NCBI GenBank assembly: GCA_963678315.1
Contig: OY782781.1
Location: 2,752,001 to 2,816,000, forward strand
Direction of reading: 5' to 3'
DNA length: 64,000 nucleotides
DNA from: Candidatus Cloacimonadales bacterium
GTDB taxonomy: Bacteria > Cloacimonadota > Cloacimonadia > Cloacimonadales > JAFGVF01
In this document: one piece after another, positions 61,123 through 64,000 of the stretch
Layout of the letters: the number at the start of each line of letters is the position of its first letter
How positions within the stretch are numbered: the stretch's first letter is position 1
The notes under the pieces: generated by a model
What the model saw: only the letters and a program-made list of their open reading frames with translations
Databases searched by the model: none
What the model was told of the DNA's origin: nothing
Translations under genes and position numbers: made by a program

Positions 61123-61599
61123 ATGAACAAAGAACGAATATCGATTTTAGATGACATAGCCAAGAGAGCTTCAAAAGAAGTTGGAGTTTCTTTGTATGAT
61201 GTTGAAGAGAAAAAAACAAATCATGGGCTTGTCGCAATAATATATATTACAAAGTTGGGTGGAGTAACTGTAGACGAGTGTACATCAGTAAGTAGAATTA
61301 TTGGAGCAGAACTTGAGTTACTAGATATTTACAAAGGTAAATATACTATTGAAGTCTCTTCACCAGGTTTAGAAAGAGAATTAAAATATAAAAAACACTA
61401 TGCAAGTGCAATAAATAATAGAGTTAAAATCAAATATCAGGAAGATGAACAGAGATTAGTTGTAGAAGGGATTTTAAAGGAAGTAAGTCCTCAAGCTATC
61501 AAAATTGAGACTAACGATAATGAAATTGTAATACCTTTCACTTCAATAAAAAAAGCAAGAACATTGTTTGATTTTTCAGATACCAAGGAGAAGAAATAA
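61123..61599 (+). CDS. rimP: Ribosome maturation factor RimP
   Basis: GVTVDECTSVSR, YTIEVSSPGLEREL, IKKAR. Confidence 0.93.
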   Translation: MNKERISILDDIAKRASKEVGVSLYDVEEKKTNHGLVAIIYITKLGGVTVDECTSVSRIIGAELELLDIYKGKYTIEVSSPGLERELKYKKHYASAINNRVKIKYQEDEQRLVVEGILKEVSPQAIKIETNDNEIVIPFTSIKKARTLFDFSDTKEKK

Positions 61600-62834
61600 T
61601 GAGTTCAAATTTACTTGCAGTCTTAAATCAATTAGCTAACTTTAAACAGTTAGACAAAGAGATGCTTACAGAGATTATCAGAGAAAGTTTATATAATTCT
61701 ATATCAAAAAAACTAGCTCCTGAAAATGAATTAGAAATCAAGCTTGATTTCAAATCGAATGAAATATACGCTCATTTCAAAAAAGTAGTTGTTCTAGCTG
61801 ACACGCAATTAGGGGATATTAGTCTAGCTGAAGCAAAAAAGCAATATGGCAGAGATATTGAGTTAGGTGATAAAGTTGATGTAACAATGCAACTCCATGA
61901 ATTTGGACCAAAAGTTATCAAGAATGCTAAGAAAGCTATTCAAGAAAGAATTAAACGAGAAGATAATAACAAAACTTCTTTGCACTTTGAAAATCAAAAA
62001 CATACTATTGTTACAGGTAAAGTAAAGACTATAGGCTTTAGCGGTATCAAAGTAGATATTGGCTATACTACAGCCCTGCTTCCACCAGAAGAGCAAATTG
62101 AAGAAGAATATTATAAAGTTGGTGACATAGTGAAAGCTTATGTTACTAATATTAGAAGAAAAGAAAACTCTGTTACTATTCTCTTATCAAGAACTAACCC
62201 TGAATTCGTAAAGAAACTTTTTGAAAACGAAATACCTGAAGTAATCAGAGGTGAAATCGTTATTAAAAAGATTGTCAGAGAACCAGGCATAAGAACAAAA
62301 GTAGAAGTATGTTCTGAAAATGAGCACATAGATGCAGCAGGAAGCTGTTTGGGTGTTAAAGGTGTTAGAATCGACTCAATTAGAAAAGAGCTACATGGTG
62401 AGCAAATCGATATCGTTGTTTCTAATGAAGATATTGACGAATATATTGCTAATGCAATAGGTAAAGACCTAGTAGAACGTGTAATCGTTTCTGATAGAGG
62501 TAAATTTGCTAGAGTTATTGTTAAAGAAAAGAATAAGAATCTTGCTATAGGTAAAAAAGGTAAAAATGTTAGACTAGCAGCAAAGCTAACTAACTTTAAA
62601 ATAGATATATACACTAAAGAAGAGTTTGACTTCAAATTAGCAGAAGAAAGAAGAATTACTAACCATGTAAGCGAACTAGATGGAGTTACTCCAAACATCG
62701 CACAAATTTTGAAGAACCATGGTTATACATCTGTTCAAGATATATTCTTAGCTACAACAGAAGAACTCTGTAACTTAGAAGGAATAGGAAGCAAAACTGC
62801 TGAAAAGTTAAAAGAATCAGCGGAGGCTTTCTAG
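61599..62834 (+). CDS. nusA: Transcription termination/antitermination factor NusA
   Basis: S1 + KH domains: LSRT, VREPGIRTK, GEQIDIV, AIGKKGKNVRLAAKLT; C-terminal HhH. Confidence 0.95.
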   Translation: MSSNLLAVLNQLANFKQLDKEMLTEIIRESLYNSISKKLAPENELEIKLDFKSNEIYAHFKKVVVLADTQLGDISLAEAKKQYGRDIELGDKVDVTMQLHEFGPKVIKNAKKAIQERIKREDNNKTSLHFENQKHTIVTGKVKTIGFSGIKVDIGYTTALLPPEEQIEEEYYKVGDIVKAYVTNIRRKENSVTILLSRTNPEFVKKLFENEIPEVIRGEIVIKKIVREPGIRTKVEVCSENEHIDAAGSCLGVKGVRIDSIRKELHGEQIDIVVSNEDIDEYIANAIGKDLVERVIVSDRGKFARVIVKEKNKNLAIGKKGKNVRLAAKLTNFKIDIYTKEEFDFKLAEERRITNHVSELDGVTPNIAQILKNHGYTSVQDIFLATTEELCNLEGIGSKTAEKLKESAEAF

Positions 62835-62839
62835 TAATT

Positions 62840-63070
62840 GTGTCCTTGAAGCATATACCTACAAGAAGCTGTGTAGTTTGCAGAAAAAAAAACAGTAAAT
62901 CAAACTTATTGAGATTTCAAGTTTTAGCAGATGAAATTGTTTATGACAATAAGCAAATACTAAATGGCAGAGGATATTATGTTTGTAAAGATCTACAATG
63001 TATAGAAAGATTATCTATATGGAAAACAAAGAGATTAAAGAGGTTACGCAAGACACAGAAGAAAAGTTAA
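62840..63070 (+). CDS. ylxR: YlxR (DUF448) RNA-binding protein
   Basis: HIPTRSCVVCR...LLRF...GRGYYVC. Confidence 0.88.
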   Translation: MSLKHIPTRSCVVCRKKNSKSNLLRFQVLADEIVYDNKQILNGRGYYVCKDLQCIERLSIWKTKRLKRLRKTQKKS

Positions 63071-63351
63071 TAAGACTTCTTCAGCTTGCCCAAAGAGCAG
63101 GTAAGTTGAAGTATGGAATAGGTATGCTCAAAACTCTGAATAGAAAAATAAAGATAATAGTAATAAGTAAAGATGTTTCTGAGAGTAATCTGAGAAAGAT
63201 TAATAATTTTGAAGGTATAAATCCTACTATTGTTAAAGTAGGTACAAAAGTAACACTTGGCCAAGCTTTAGGCCGAGAAGCAGTGAGCGTGATTTCACTT
63301 ACTGATGTTAATTTTGGTGATGGAATAATGAAATTAGTGACTCAAAATTAG
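63019..63351 (+). CDS. L7Ae-family RNA-binding protein (YlxQ-like)
   Basis: LLQLAQRAGKL..G; SKDVSE; LGQALGR; located between ylxR and infB. Confidence 0.8.
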   Translation: MENKEIKEVTQDTEEKLIRLLQLAQRAGKLKYGIGMLKTLNRKIKIIVISKDVSESNLRKINNFEGINPTIVKVGTKVTLGQALGREAVSVISLTDVNFGDGIMKLVTQN

Positions 63352-63359
63352 GAGGAATA

Positions 63360-64000
63360 TTGTCTAAGATTAGAGTACATGTACTTGCTAAAGAGTTGAA
63401 AATTTCTGCTGCAGCCCTTAAAAAAACTTTAGCTGACCTAGGTGTAGTAGTGAAGAGCCATATGAGCTTTCTTGAAGATGACGTAGCGGATAAAATTAGA
63501 CAGATGTTTAATGCACAGTTAAGTGCAAATAGACATCCTGAAGTTATAGAGAATAAAAAGTCTAGTAGCGAAGCAGATCGCAAGGTAGTTGTTAAGAACG
63601 ACGACACACCGAAGAAAAGCAGAGATAATTCTAGAAGTGATTATAAACATGAACGTTTAAATACATCGAATAATAGAAGAACAAATAGCAGTTCTGAGAA
63701 AAAATATACTGAACGTAAAAATCATGACAGGAAACCACAGCACAATGATGCTAAAGCTCCTGAAAAGAAAACAGCTTTACCAATAAACTCTGCTGATAAG
63801 ATTAAAGCTCTTCTAAAGAAAAAAAGTCAAGCTGCTACTACAGATAGTTATTATCATGCGGATAATGTTGCAGAAAGAGAACAAAATAAGAAAAATAGAC
63901 AAAGTCAGACTAGAAACAGACCTCAAGGTGATAGAAGAGATAACAACAATAGACGTGGTAGTTTCAACAATAATAGGAAAGATGGAAAACCAGCTTTCCA
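63360..64000 (+). CDS. infB: Translation initiation factor IF-2, N-terminal part (3'-truncated by window)
   Basis: AGGAGG RBS, TTG start, SKIRVHVLAKELK...LGVVVKSHMS IF2_N motif, operon context. Confidence 0.9.
   Translation, partial: MSKIRVHVLAKELKISAAALKKTLADLGVVVKSHMSFLEDDVADKIRQMFNAQLSANRHPEVIENKKSSSEADRKVVVKNDDTPKKSRDNSRSDYKHERLNTSNNRRTNSSSEKKYTERKNHDRKPQHNDAKAPEKKTALPINSADKIKALLKKKSQAATTDSYYHADNVAEREQNKKNRQSQTRNRPQGDRRDNNNRRGSFNNNRKDGKPAF

Overview
AT-rich chromosomal window from a diderm bacterium, probably anaerobic. Candidatus Cloacimonadota is inferred from a secreted protein with an 'NYPNPFNP' FlgD/T9SS-like C-terminal domain and the gene content; this is not verified. It is mostly housekeeping: pyrR, pyrF, folC, dtd, kdsD, thrS, sppA, rng, rplU-rpmA, PEPCK, P5C dehydrogenase, rsmI, tex, era and rimP-nusA-ylxR-ylxQ-infB. 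It also holds a complete minus-strand rRNA operon (16S, tRNA-Ile, tRNA-Ala, 23S, 5S), tRNA-Asn and a fluoride riboswitch. The standout is a ~316-nt intervening sequence replacing helix 45 of the 23S rRNA. It is closed by a 28-bp near-perfect stem and filled almost entirely by an 85-aa GIY-YIG nuclease gene with its own RBS, with no room for a group I intron core. Intergenic regions are patchworks of small palindromic REP/MITE-like elements that nest inside each other. These elements also sit in partial tRNA-Asn duplicates and the 23S-5S spacer, and one resembles the IVS stem. No transposase is encoded in the window.
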